This document shows positions 38,866 to 51,332 of a stretch of 64,000 nucleotides of DNA, piece after piece (position 1 is the stretch's first letter; each line of letters opens with the position of its first letter). Location: the NCBI GenBank assembly GCA_002269645.1, contig NIVC01000350.1:62001-126000 (forward strand). The letters are read 5' to 3'. A program made the translations under genes and the position numbers. A model generated the notes under the pieces. The model was not told the origin of the DNA. It saw only the letters and a list, made by a program, of their open reading frames with translations, and searched no databases. Source of the stretch: Macrostomum lignano (taxonomy: Eukaryota).

Positions 38866-39380
38866 GGTCACCAATCACTTTGTCTTCAGCAATAGGTCAC
38901 TTCAGCGACAGTCACTTTGGCAATAAGTCACTTTGGCGACACATTTGGATCACATCTGAATTAACTTATAATTTGTATCTTATTTTGACAATGCAAAGCA
39001 ATACCTATAATTGCCCATTTGTTTTGAGCTTGTCTTTGTTTGACATTTTAATGCATGTTTATTTCACTTTCTTTATTTCTGCAATGAAGTAACGCAGTGT
39101 ATGTGCCTATACATGCCAATATGCCAAATGAATTTGTAACAATATTTATAGTACTATATAATGCAAGTTAATAAATCTAGAAAATCACACTTTTTAATTG
39201 TGAAGTTTCATTGGCAAAAAATACATCCTTCAGCTGTTATTAATTGTTGCCAAAGTGATCCAAATGTGTCGCTGAAATGACTATTGCCAAAGTGACTTGT
39301 CGCCAAGTGATTGTTGCCAAAGTGACTTGTCTCCGAAGTGACTGTCGCCAAAGTGACTTGTCACCGAAGTGATTGTAACT
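38866..39380. mobile_element. About 515-bp MITE with long degenerate TIRs (CACTTTGGCRA subrepeats)
   Basis: 38866-38955 is inverted relative to about 39250-39380. Flanks TAGGCTAGG and TGGCCTAGG (7/9 match) may be a decayed TSD. Confidence 0.68.
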
Positions 39381-41494
39381 TGGCCTAGGCCCCTAGTATT
39401 TAACTTCATATATATAAAAAGCTTTAAAAAAGCATTCAATTTAACAAAAAATTTCTCTAGGCTCTAGCCTATTGTCAAGAAGGTGTCCAGTATAAGCCAG
39501 AGTTTTTTAGTCAAAATTTTAGGTGTATGCCAAGTATGCACGCCAAAAATTAGAAATTTAACTTACAATTGGGTATAGGCCTAGCCTAGCCTATTTCAAT
39601 TAAAAAAATTTGGCAAGACACTTTAGGAAAGTGAATTTTAAGTTGAAATAGATGTACATTTTGGCAAAAGAAAATGACCAGTTTGGCAAAAAGATAGACT
39701 ATGTATATAAATTGCAAATATACCACTTTGGTGATTGAAGCTTTTAAGAAATTGTTCATTGCTGTAAATTATTGGCAATTAAAAAATTAAAACTCATGAC
39801 TTAGCTCATAGCTATGTTATATATGCAATTTATCAATATGCAATCAATAGATTAGGGATGATGATAATATAGATTTTTTAATTTCTAGTTTCTAAAATTG
39901 TATTTTGAAATCTTGCCATAATAGAATGGCAACTAATAAAACAAGTTAATTAAACTACAACAGAACAAAAATATGTCACAATAAAATTTTTCTTTATAAA
40001 GTTTCTCATTTTTCTTTTTAACTTTCTTCTAAGACAAAAATTCTTTAGCAGAACTTAGAGCAAATCTTTGGCCAAAATGGTCAACTTTAGACAAATAGTC
40101 ACTGAAAGTATTTTTTGCCATTATTGACTTTTGCCAAAAATTCTTTCACCGAAGTGGGTTGAAACCCTATAATTTAATGTATGCCAAAATTTCAAAATTG
40201 TGACCTTACTGTTTTGCACTGCAAAAATAAAGGGCCTTTTTTGTTTCAATAATCAAGGACCTTTTTCCCTTGTTATATTTGGCGTTTATATACATTATAA
40301 CAAAATAAGTGTTGTGTCTATTATTTTATAATTTATATCAATTTATAATCATACAAAAAGCTATTTCTTTCGTGTGATTGTGGTCCTATATTAAGTTGAT
40401 GCCATGTATTTCTGTAACTTGTTTTTTATAGGTTTTATATACTATTTTTTGCTTTAAAGATATCTATGGTAGTATAGTTAATGTTTTTTTATTTTAGTTT
40501 CAGCTAGTATATTAAGGTTTTACAAATTTGATAGGAAATTAGCAAAATGTTGAAGTTAGCCAAAGATGGTAGTTATAGTACCCTAAATTTTATATCCACA
40601 TGATATAACAGGTGGAACAACAAAGTTAAATGGCCTATGAATAAGAATGATATCCAGAGATATCCCTTTGACTTTGTGCAATAATAAGAACATTTCCGAG
40701 TAGCTTTGTTTTGTTTGGTATTTGGCATTTTTTAAAGCTGCTTTTTGGTTCAAAAATGACTTCTAAGTGCTTAAATTCATGCACTGTTTCTATGTTTTGC
40801 TAAACATTTATTAGTGACTAGCACCAAGTCAATAGTAGTTTCTTGAACTTTGAAGACACTATCAGCTCTGTCTAGTGATTGTATAATACCAGTGTCCTCA
40901 TTTCATCCACTTGCTAATGAACTCTGGGATCTGGTATACCTTGCATGTCTTGTGCCTAGTGGTCTCTTGTTGCCCCTCTTTCTCATCATTAGACCAACAG
41001 ATTAATCAGCAACTCACCAGGCTTTTTCTGGGGCTTAGTTTCTTCTGAATCTTGTTAACTTCCGCTTGTAACTGGGCAGCCTCCTTGTGCAGTTTTAGCA
41101 GACATAACTGCTTCTCTACCTTCCCTAGGTTGTACCCAAGCATGTTCTAAAAGGTATCATACACTTCACAGTCAAAAATCTCTGTATTCTCCTTATTTTG
41201 GGATGTAAAAATGCACAGGCACCCTGTTGTTTATATTGTCTGTATTATTTCCTGGGCGTATCATCTCAGTGTCCACAAGCTGAAAAAGCCTGGAGAAGCC
41301 CCCAAGAAATGCTCTAAAGCTGTTTTCAGAGTTTTTTTTCAAATTTGTCCCAACATCAGCAATGCCTACCTTTTTGTGCGAACCATATTTTCTGTACAGT
41401 TTTATAGAGGTGTTAAAAATTAACTTTACTATCTGGAAAACCTGGAAAAAGTCGAAAATAAAAATTGCACAGGAGCCCTGTTGTTTGCACTTTT

Positions 41495-42017
41495 GACTTA
41501 CTTGACTTAGCTGCAGGAAACAGCGAGGAGGCGTTGCCGTCCATTTTGCTAGCCCCTGGCGACCACGGGCAGCTAGTGCTGCAGTGTCGCGCAAGGAGTT
41601 CCGGTGGCACCGGTGTCCGCAGCGCGGTCCCTCTCCGGAGAGTCCAGGAGGTGGATTGTCGATCGCCCGGTAGCCCTTAGGTAGTGGACGAGCTGGCAGA
41701 GATTCTCGGGCCTGAAAACGTCGGAGAGGTCCGGGTTTGGGCCGAGGTGGGTGAGCCTGTCCTGAGTAAAGGCGGGGCAGTCACAGATGAAATGCTCCGC
41801 ATTCTCGACACCAGAGAGGCAGAATGGGCATTCCTCACTGCGGATTTCCCCTGGAGGTGACGATGCCTGGCAAAACAGCCATGACCCGAGAGGGCCATGG
41901 TCACCGCCCTGATGTCCTTGCGGTTGAGTCCAAGCAGGGCCTTGCGCAGGGCGGAGGAAGGACAGGAGACAGCCGCGCGGGATTGCCGGCAGTCGGGGGC
42001 GTTAGCCCACCTCTCCC
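41495..42017 (-). mobile_element. 523-bp 3' fragment of a non-LTR retrotransposon (I/R1/Loa-type ORF2 C-terminal CCHC region) with a 13-bp TSD
   Basis: Peptides [17 protein letters not shown] and, after a frameshift, [19 protein letters not shown]. Short AAGTC/AAGT tail. TGTTTGCACTTTT at 41482-41494 and 42018-42030. Confidence 0.85.
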
Positions 42018-42689
42018 TGTTTGCACTTTTACTTTCTGTTAACATTTAGCGCTAGGATTTTTAAACATAAAACTATGCACACGTGACTGTCGGCTTCAGT
42101 TCATGCTGGCCATCCCGATAATACAGGAAGTCCATTCTGTCTGTCTGGTTCCTAGTACCAGTCATTTAAGTGACCGCTAGATCTGCTCGCTTGCTTTACT
42201 ACTAGTCAGCTGTTTCTGTTCAATCCTTTCCCCGAAAATTCTGTGCCGTCACGGCTAAGCGGCATTGGGCAATATGCAAAAGAATCTTTTACGACAGAAC
42301 CGGGTCTGTGGGCTCGACTAAGATGCTTCCTTTCAGTTCTAGCCCTCGCTCTACTGTAAGGACTGAAAACATTTTGCTTTTGAAATCTGCTGTTCTTTTC
42401 AGTCGACTTGTCTGTAGAATCCCTTGGCATTTTTGTCCAGGCCTACTACATGAAAGGTCCCGCGATAGTTTCGCGTCCAGTGATGCTGTGACGTTTTATT
42501 TCTTTGTTGCACTATTAGATTCGATTTTCTACCTTTTTTGCCTTTGCTATCTGATTCGTGAGAACATCGCTATTATCCATATGGAAGGTATTGCCTACTC
42601 ATTTATCTTGAGTAGCTATCAAAATCATCCCATTATATGTGCCTATATGGGCATTGCTTTTTAGCGCTCACAAATTACTTGCCTCTAAA

Positions 42690-45540
42690 GATTGGTCTCT
42701 AATGATCCACTAGATTCGTCTCTAATGATCCGCTAGATTCGTCTCTAATGATCCACTAGATTCGTCTCTAATTATCCACTAGATAAATCTCTAATGATCC
42801 ACTAGTTTCGTCTCTAATGATCCACTAGATTCGTCTCTAATTATCCACTAGATTCGTCTCTAATTATCCACTAGATTCGTCTCTAATGATATACTAGATG
42901 CGTCTCTAATGATCCACTAGATTCATCTCTAATGATCCACTAGATTAATCTCTAACGATCCATTAGATTAATCTCTTATGATCCACTAGATTCGTCTCTA
43001 ATTATCCACTAGATTCGTCTCTAATTATCCACTAGATTTGTCTCTAATGATCCACTAGATTTGTCTCTAATGATCCACTAGATTAATCTCTAACGATCCA
43101 CTAGATTAATCCCTAATGATCCACTAGATTCGTCTCTAATGATCCACTAGATTCGTCTCTAATGATCCACTATATTAATATCTAATGACCCACTAGATTA
43201 ATTTCTACGAGCGTAATGATCCACTTGATTAATCTCTAATGATCCACTATATTAATATATAATGATCCACTAGATTGGTCTCTAATTATCCACTAGATTC
43301 TAATGATCTACTAGATTTGTCTCTAATGATCCACTAGATTCATCTCTAATGATCCACTAGATTCGTCTCTAATGATCTACTATATTAATATCTAATGACC
43401 CACTAGATTAATTCCTACGAGCGTAATGATCCACTAGATTGGTCTAATGATCCACTAGATTAATCTCTAATGATCCACTATATTAATGTATAATGATCCG
43501 CTAGATTCGTCTCTAATTATCCACTAGATTCGTCTCTAATTATCCACTAGATTTGTCTCTAATGATCCACTAGATTGGTCTCTAATTATTCACTAGATTG
43601 GTCTCTAATGACCCACCAGATTCGTCTCTAATGATCCACTAGATTCGTCTCTAATGATATACTAGATTTGTCTCTAATGATCCACTAGATTAATCTCTAA
43701 TGATCCACTAGATTCGTCTCTAATGACCCACTAGATTCGTCTCTAATGATCCACTAGATTCGTCTCTAATGATATACTAGATTTGTCTCTAATGATATAC
43801 TAGATTCGTCTCTAATAATCCACTAGATTTGTCTCTAATGACCCACTAGATTAATTTCTACGAGCGTAATGATCCACTAGATTAATCTCAGATGATCCAC
43901 TATATTAATATATAATGATCCACTAGATTCGTCTCTAATTATCCACTAGATTCGTCTCTAATGATCCACTAGATTGGTTTCTAATGATCCACTAGATTAA
44001 TCTCTAATGATCCACTAGATTAATATATAATGATCCACTAGATTAATCTCTAATGATCCACTAGATTAATCTCTAATGATCCACGAGATTAATCTCTAAT
44101 GATCCACTATATTAATATATAATGATCCACTAGATTCGTCTCTAATTATCCACTAGATTCGTCTCTAATGATCCACTAGATTGGTTTCTAATTATTCACC
44201 AGATTAGTCTCTAATTATCCACTAGATTCATCTCTAATGATCCACTAGATTAATCTCTAACGATCCACTAGATTCATCTCTAATGATCCACTAGATTCGT
44301 CTCTAATGATCTACTATATTAATATCTAATGACCCACTAGATTAATTCCTACGAGCGTAATGATCCACTAGATTAATCTCTAATGATCCACTATATTAAT
44401 GTATAATGATCCACTAGATTCGTCTCTAATTATCCACTAGATTCGTCTCTAATTATCCACTAGATTTGTCTCTAATGATCCACTAGATTGGTCTCTAATT
44501 ATTCACTAGATTGGTCTCTAATGACCCACCAGATTCGTCTCTAATGATCCACTAGATTCGTCTCTAATGATATACTAGATTTGTCTCTAATGATCCACTA
44601 GATTAATCTCTAATGATCCACTAGATTAATCTCTAATGATCCACTAGATTCGTCTCTAATGACCCACTAGATTCGTCTCTAATGATCCACTAGATTCGTC
44701 TCTAATTATCCACTAGATTCGTCTCTAATGATCCACTAGATTAATCTCTAATGATCCACTAGATTAATCTCTAATGATCCACTAGATTAATCTCTAATGA
44801 TCCACTAGATTCGTCTCTAATGACCCACTAGATTAATTTCTACGAGCGTAATGATCCACTAGATTAATCTCAGATGATCCACTATATTAATATATAATGA
44901 TCCACTAGATTCGTCTCTAATTATCCACTAGATTCGTCTCTAATGATCCACTAGATTGGTTTCTAATGATCCACTAGATTAATCTCTAATGATCCACTAG
45001 ATTAATATATAATGATCCACTAGATTAATCTCTAATGATCCACTAGATTAATCTCTAATGATCCACGAGATTAATCTCTAATGATCCACTATATTAATAT
45101 ATAATGATCCACTAGATTCGTCTCTAATTATCCACTAGATTCGTCTCTAATGATCCACTAGATTGGTTTCTAATTATTCACCAGATTAGTCTCTAATTAT
45201 TCACTAGATTTGTCTCTAATGATACACTAGATTAATCTCTAATGATCCACTATATTAATATATAATGATCCACTAGATTCGTCTCTAATTATCCACTAGA
45301 TTCGTCTCTAATTATCCACTAAATTAATCTCTAATGATCCGCTAGATTAATCTCTAATGGTCCACTAGATTAATCTCTAATGATCCACTATATTAATATA
45401 TAATGATCCACTAGATTCGTCTCTAATTATCCACTAGATTCGTCTCTAATTATCCACTAGATTCGTCTCTAATTATTCACTAGATTCGTTTCTAATTATC
45501 CACTAGATTCATCTCTAATGATCCGCTAGATTAATCTCTA
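42690..45540. repeat. 23-bp AT-rich satellite (TCTAATGATCCACTAGATTCGTC), about 120 copies, with a higher-order block duplication
   Basis: Period 23; diagnostic variants recur at 934- and 982-bp offsets. Confidence 0.96.
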
Positions 45541-47827
45541 ATCTTTCTGTAGATTCATATTTAATCGCTCACTAGATTCGTCTTTAATCCTGCACTAGAT
45601 TAGATCTGGTCTTTGAATCGCCCAGGAAAATCACCGAATCTAAAAATATTCCCATCTTTAAGTTGACGTGAATCGCATTAATTATAGGCTTCAAGCCGTT
45701 CAAGGCAATATTATGCCATTTATAGTTTAGTAAAGTTATGTCATATTTGGTATAGTTAATTACAGTTTTACGCTGGATTAGAGATGTCTATAGTTTAGAA
45801 ACTCGTGCATAGGAGCGTACTGGTGTGCCAATTTCAGCACCAAGTTTAGTCTATTCTAATTAGACCAAGCTTATTTCCTCAGTTGAAATGCCTCTGGAAG
45901 GCGGCTTCTTTGGGAAATTCAGATTTTTAGGGCCTAGACGTGTGCTTTTTCTCTTGAATTTATTTCTATTTGTTTATAGGCGACCAGTCTGGCGAGTCGA
46001 AGGCCCTATATAATAAATTGCGCAGCTCTGAGCTCTGATTGGAGTCTGAGTGCGTTGTGATTTTTTTGAAAACGAAGTTAAAGTCTGAAAAAGTTTACTG
46101 TTGAAGCTTATTGAACTTTTTTTAAATTAGCTAATTTAATTACATTTCAACTAAGCGAGCAAAATACTCAGTGCGTGTTCTATAGCATGATTTAGGAGTC
46201 TTATTTAGGAGAATGGCAGGCAGGCAGACCACACTACTCTTACATTAGTTTCGTGGGATTTTACTCTGTCGGCGGCGGGTAACTAACTGGTGTGAGGACT
46301 TAGAATGTCGGGGGGGGGGCAATGGGGAGCGAGGTGGGCAACCCATGCCGCCCCGACACCGTGCAAATTAATTTGCCTTCTTGGCTTCTGGCTTGCCTGT
46401 CTGTCAGCGGCAGGGGCAGGGCTGTGCGGGATGGGAGAGTGTGTGTATATATATTACATATATACCGGTATAGAAGCAGAGGGGAAGAGAGGTCTGTATG
46501 GTCAATTTTTTCAACTCCTCGCTCATGCATCTCGCTTGGGTGTGGCCTTACTATCGCCCATAGCTTTATTATCTCTCTCTCTCTCACCCACTCCTACTTT
46601 CTCCCTTCTCTCTCCCCATCCTAGTTCCCAATCTCGATCCCAATAGATGATTGTGTTGTGAGCTACTGACCGATGTTAGCGCCCCTATAATGCTAGGCTT
46701 CTTATATCTATATATCTATTTCTGTTGCTTGAATTGGTACTGGTAGGCTAGCTGGGATAGAAAGAACTACTAAGGAAACTGTCTTAGGGTCTGCTGTCGC
46801 CGCCGCTTCTGCATGTTCTGACACTTCTAATCTCTCTCTCATCTGCGATTTCTGTGCACCATTTGACCCTTCCTTCTCTCTGCAGCCCTCTCCCTCTCTC
46901 TGTAGACCCCCCACTTCGCGTTCCATGCCTTCAGTTCTTTTTCTCTCTCCTTTTTTAGGCAATGGATGGATAGAAGCGCTTTCCTGCCAGTTGAAGTCGG
47001 GCCGAGCGCTATTTCGAAGCCTGTTTTTTAGCATTTTTTTCGTCTCTCGTTTTCTGCTTTTTAAGGCTCCTCTTGTCTTCCTTACCCGTCGTATGGGCGT
47101 TTTTTTAGTCTTGGTCTCTTGTATTTCTTCTTTCTTGCACGCCAGATTTTTCTTGGTTTCTTTAGATTCTGCTGGTTTGGCGTGCATTTATTGCTGGAGA
47201 GAGAGAGAGATAGAGTTTTCTGATCTCTTTAGCAGAACCCTGCAAGCCAATGGGAGTGCTTTGGTTAACTTATTACCTAATGCAATATTCGCCTACGCAC
47301 ACAGTTGGAAGTGCCCGATGACAACTAAAACTGGCGCTATTATATAGAGTATGACCAGCAACACACACCCTTGCCATCGTTAACTGCTTGTTAAAAGCTC
47401 GTCGGGAAGGCATTGTCGGTAGTGTGTAAGTAGGAAATCAATGGGATTCAGTGCGCGCAGTATGGGAACATTTTTAGTCGATTTCGCTTCTATCTAGACT
47501 TTTCCTCCCTTTTTTACCTTGCCCCTTCATCCTCATTTTGTTCCTTGCTAACCTAACGTTCTTCTTTCCTAATTGCTTGCTTCTGCTTTTCCCCAACCAA
47601 TTGTAACCGTGTGTCTGACTGACAGTCTCTCTGGGTTGGCGGTTGGCTGGCTCTTTACAACTAAAATAAGTTATAAATTCCCAGCACTTGTTCCAATCTG
47701 TCCATTCCAGCTGCTTGTCCAACGCCTAGTTAGCGACAGAAAGGCGCAGATAAATCGAGAGTAAAGTGAAGGGGCAGTCTCTACCACCTGCCCGCTAACA
47801 ACAGCTACAATAACAAAGAAAGACAAG

Positions 47828-48757
47828 ATGCGGCCGCTTCTGCTGCCGCTACTACTATCGCTACTGCTGCTGTCTGTCCGGCCGACTGACGCCGCCGCCA
47901 CACCGGCCACCTGTCAGTCCGTGTCGGCCGTTTACGCAGCCAAGAATCTGGACGTACTGCAGGTGCGATACCAGGCCTCGGGCAGTCACCTGGCCGTCTG
48001 TCCGGCCCGGCCGGGTCCCTCCTGTTGCAGTCGGGAGATGGAAACTGCTCTAGAGAATCGGGCCAAGACTGACATGTACCAGGATCTGTACCAGCATCTG
48101 GTGCCTCAGAGCACCTCGTTGGCCTCTGTGCTGACTAGCTTTCAATCTCTGGCCCTACAGATGGTTAACAATTCCTACACGAAACTGGACACGAGTTTCA
48201 AGAGCATCTACGGCTACTCTTATATTGAGAATAAGCAGCCGTTTCTGCAATTCTTCGAAGGCTTGCGAGCCTACTTGTCCGGCGGACCGGATACTGTGGC
48301 CGGAGTTGCCAAGGCCCTGTTCGAAAGCATCTCCTCTCGGGTGTACGTACTAGTCATGACCAACTATGACATTGATGAGGCCTATCTGACCTGCGTCCGC
48401 AGCCGCCTGGACCAGCTAAAGCCTTTAGGCAACATGCCCGAGCGTATTAGCCAAGAACTTATCCGGGCATTCGTGCCCGCTCGCCGATTCCTGGCCGGGT
48501 TGGCCGCGCTGCAGGACGCCGTTCAGATGTCCCCGGCAACTCCGCTGCCCGCTCAGTGCCAGAAATCGCAGTTGCGCTCTCGATATTGCGCCTGGTGCGA
48601 CGGGATTACAAATCTGCAGCCCTGCTTTGAGCTGTGCTCAGCCTCTATGGCCGACTGTCTCACCCAGTTGGACTCGCTGGCCGAACCATTCGACCAGCTT
48701 TTGGACGAGTTGGTCAAGCTGTCCAATAAGATCCGGGGTCCAAATAACCTCTACCAG
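47828..48757 (+). CDS. GPC: Glypican, coding exon 1 (signal peptide plus Cys 1-11)
   Basis: MRPLLLPLLLSLLLL signal peptide; TCQSV, VCP, SCCSREME, YCAWC and PCFELC; donor CAG|gtaatg, phase 0. Confidence 0.93.
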
Positions 48758-48844
48758 GTAATGGGTTGCTGTAGGTTATCTAGACTTACGGTTCTGCAAC
48801 GGGGTGTGTGCGCGCAATTGTATTGAGTTTCTATGGTGTGTTAA

Positions 48845-49450
48845 GATTCTGGATTGTGAAGATTCTAGGGTGTGAAGATTCTGTGGTGTAAAGATTCTGG
48901 GTTGTGAAGATTCTAAGTTGTGAAGATTCTAGATTGTGAAGATTCTTGTGTGTGAAGATTCTAGGTTGGGAAGATTCCGGGGTGTAAAGATTCTGGGGTG
49001 AAGATGCTGGGGTGGGAAGATGCTGGGGTGTGAAGATGCTGGGGTGTGAAGATTCTGGGGTGTGAAGATGCTAGGGTGTGAATATGCTAGGGTGTGAATA
49101 TGCTGGGGTGTGAAGATGCTGGGGTGTGAAGATGCTGGGGTGTGGAGATGCTGGGGTGTGAAGATGCTGGGGTGTGAAGATGCTGGGATGTGAAGATGCT
49201 AGGGTGGGAAGATGCTGGGGTGTGAAGATGCTGGGGTGTGAAGATGCTGGGATGTGAAGATGCTAGGGTGGGAAGATGCTGGGGTGTGAAGATGCTGGGG
49301 TGTGGAGATGCTGGGGTGTGAAGATGCTGGGGTGTGAAGATGCTGGGGTGTGGAGATGCTGGGGTGTGAAGATGCTGGGATGTGAAGATGCTAGGGTGGG
49401 ACGTGGGAAGATGCTGGGGTGGGAAGATGCTGGGGTGGGAAGATTCTGGA
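48845..49450. repeat. 16-bp intronic array (GAAGATGCTGGGGTGT)
   Basis: Tandem units filling most of the glypican intron. Confidence 0.92.
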
Positions 49451-49577
49451 GTGTAAAAAATTGTATCGTGTGAAGATTGCAGAGGTTTCAGCCGCTTATT
49501 TATATTCATATAAGCTTCGCGGACACAGTCGTCAAATTTAAAATTTGATTATTTTTTGTCCAAAAACCAACGCGCAG

Positions 49578-51332
49578 GTGCTGGAAAACCTGGGCCTGCG
49601 CATCAGCGCCGGCATCATGGACATGCAGGAGCGCAAGGACCACATCCAGACTGAGGTGGCCAAACTGTGCGGCCCGCCCAAGCTTAAAGCCAATGGCTCG
49701 CCTTCCATCGTGCCGCCGCCGCTGCCTCGGCCCGGCCGAGGTCGCCGACGTCGCCGCCGCGCCTCCATGTTCGGCTGGAACTACCGCAACAGCGATGATG
49801 CGCCGGGGCCCAGCAGCCAAGCCCAGGAGCGACTGGACGAGCTGGCCCTCACCGCTAAGCGAAGCCTGCCCGCCAGCCGGAGCCTGTTCAGGCCCAGCAG
49901 CCTGGCCAAGCGCTTCTGCAAGGCCGACCCGGCCCCGCCTGGACGCTGCTGGAACGGCACCGACTCCGCCGCTGGCTACACGGCGCCAGCGTCGACGGTA
50001 GCGTCGCCAGTAGAGCCGCCTACACTGGCCGTGTCTCAGCGGGTGGCCAATCTGCGCGCCGCTCACCGGCTTCTAGCCGAGCTGCCTAAAAGCGAAAGCT
50101 TTGCCGGCTTCGTCGAGCAGCCGCTGGATCCAACGCTTAGGGGCCTGCTTAATAAACGCGCCAGAGTGGCGTCTAGCATTGGCAGTTCCGGCCCCAGCCT
50201 GACAGACGCTTTGCCTATCGGCGCCGCTACTGGTGGCGCCGGCCTCGGTTCCGGCAGCGGCGCCGCTCCTCCGCCCGTGCCGGTGGCCCCTCGGCCTCGC
50301 CCGCCCGCCGGCGGATTTCCGCGCCGGCTTTCAACTCTGCCTCCGCTGACCCGGCCGCCGCCTGCTGGCGTAGTTGATTCTTGGCGTCCGTTGCCGCCAA
50401 TTCGGCCGCGCCCAGACACGGCCGGGTCCGGCGATGCCGCCGGTCCGCCGCCAAGGCCAGGGGTCTGGGTACCCCCGCCTGCAGCCACCCGGGAGCCACC
50501 GGCGCCGCCTGCAACCCGCTGGCCACCGCTGCCGCCTGCGACCCGCTGGCCACCGCTGCCGCCTGCGACCCGTTGGCCACCGCTGCCGCCTGCGACCCGT
50601 TGGCCACCGCTGCCGCCCCCGCAGCCGCCCGTTGTTGACGGAAGCTCCACAGTTGCTCCGCTGCCTTGGCGGCCGCAACCCGTTAACCCAGGCCTCGGCT
50701 CCGGCGACGAAGAGCGGCCGCCACCCCGTCCGGGGGTGTTCGTCCCGGCCCTGCCCACCGCCAGCTCTTCCTCTTCATCCACATCCGGCCCACTCGTGCC
50801 CGGCGGCGTCTCTTCTGGCGACGGCGAGCCAACCGGGCCTCCGCCGCCGCCTCGGCCGGTTCCGTCCGGCTGGCCGTGGCCGCCTATCGTCGACGTCGGC
50901 GGCGGCGAGACCTCCGGCGACGGTGAATTGCCGCCCCCAGTGGCGCCGCCTCAGCCACCGTCACCGCCAACCGAGTCCTGGTGGACGCCCCGGCCGCCGG
51001 TACAGCCGCAGCCGCCCCGGAAGCCGGCCACCCGCTGGCCGCCGCAGCCGCCCCGCCAGCCGCCCCGCCAGCCGCCCACCCGCTGGCCGCCGGTCATCCC
51101 CGGCCCGCCGCCCGGCGGTGACCTGTGGCTGCCCAAAGAGCCGGACGATCAAGGCGGAGCGGAGCGCGGCCGCGGCGAAGGCTCTATCCACGGCCCGATG
51201 AAGATGACCAGCGCCAAGCGGGCCTGCCCGCCAGGCTCCCCGGCCTGTCCGGCCTGCCGCCCCCTGGCCGCCTCGGCCGGGACTCTCCTGCTGCTGGCCG
51301 GTCTGCAGCGGCTGCTTATGCTACTGCGCTGA
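49578..51332 (+). CDS. GPC: Glypican, coding exon 2 (Cys 12-14, polybasic convertase site, Pro-rich Ser-Gly stalk, GPI-type tail); about 894 aa in total
   Basis: Acceptor cgcgcag|GTG in frame; KLCG, RRRRRR and RFC...CWNG; SGD motifs; hydrophobic C-terminus; TGA at 51330-51332. Confidence 0.9.
   Translation: MLENLGLRISAGIMDMQERKDHIQTEVAKLCGPPKLKANGSPSIVPPPLPRPGRGRRRRRRASMFGWNYRNSDDAPGPSSQAQERLDELALTAKRSLPASRSLFRPSSLAKRFCKADPAPPGRCWNGTDSAAGYTAPASTVASPVEPPTLAVSQRVANLRAAHRLLAELPKSESFAGFVEQPLDPTLRGLLNKRARVASSIGSSGPSLTDALPIGAATGGAGLGSGSGAAPPPVPVAPRPRPPAGGFPRRLSTLPPLTRPPPAGVVDSWRPLPPIRPRPDTAGSGDAAGPPPRPGVWVPPPAATREPPAPPATRWPPLPPATRWPPLPPATRWPPLPPATRWPPLPPPQPPVVDGSSTVAPLPWRPQPVNPGLGSGDEERPPPRPGVFVPALPTASSSSSSTSGPLVPGGVSSGDGEPTGPPPPPRPVPSGWPWPPIVDVGGGETSGDGELPPPVAPPQPPSPPTESWWTPRPPVQPQPPRKPATRWPPQPPRQPPRQPPTRWPPVIPGPPPGGDLWLPKEPDDQGGAERGRGEGSIHGPMKMTSAKRACPPGSPACPACRPLAASAGTLLLLAGLQRLLMLLR

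Noticed and set aside
41208-41486. Imperfect 25-bp direct repeat (TGCACAGGxxCCCTGTTGTTT) resembling hAT right ends
   Set aside because: No matching left TIR or TSD could be defined.
46708-47347. K/E-rich (minus) and F/L-rich (plus) ORFs upstream of glypican
   Set aside because: Explained by CT/T-rich low-complexity upstream sequence; no domain features.
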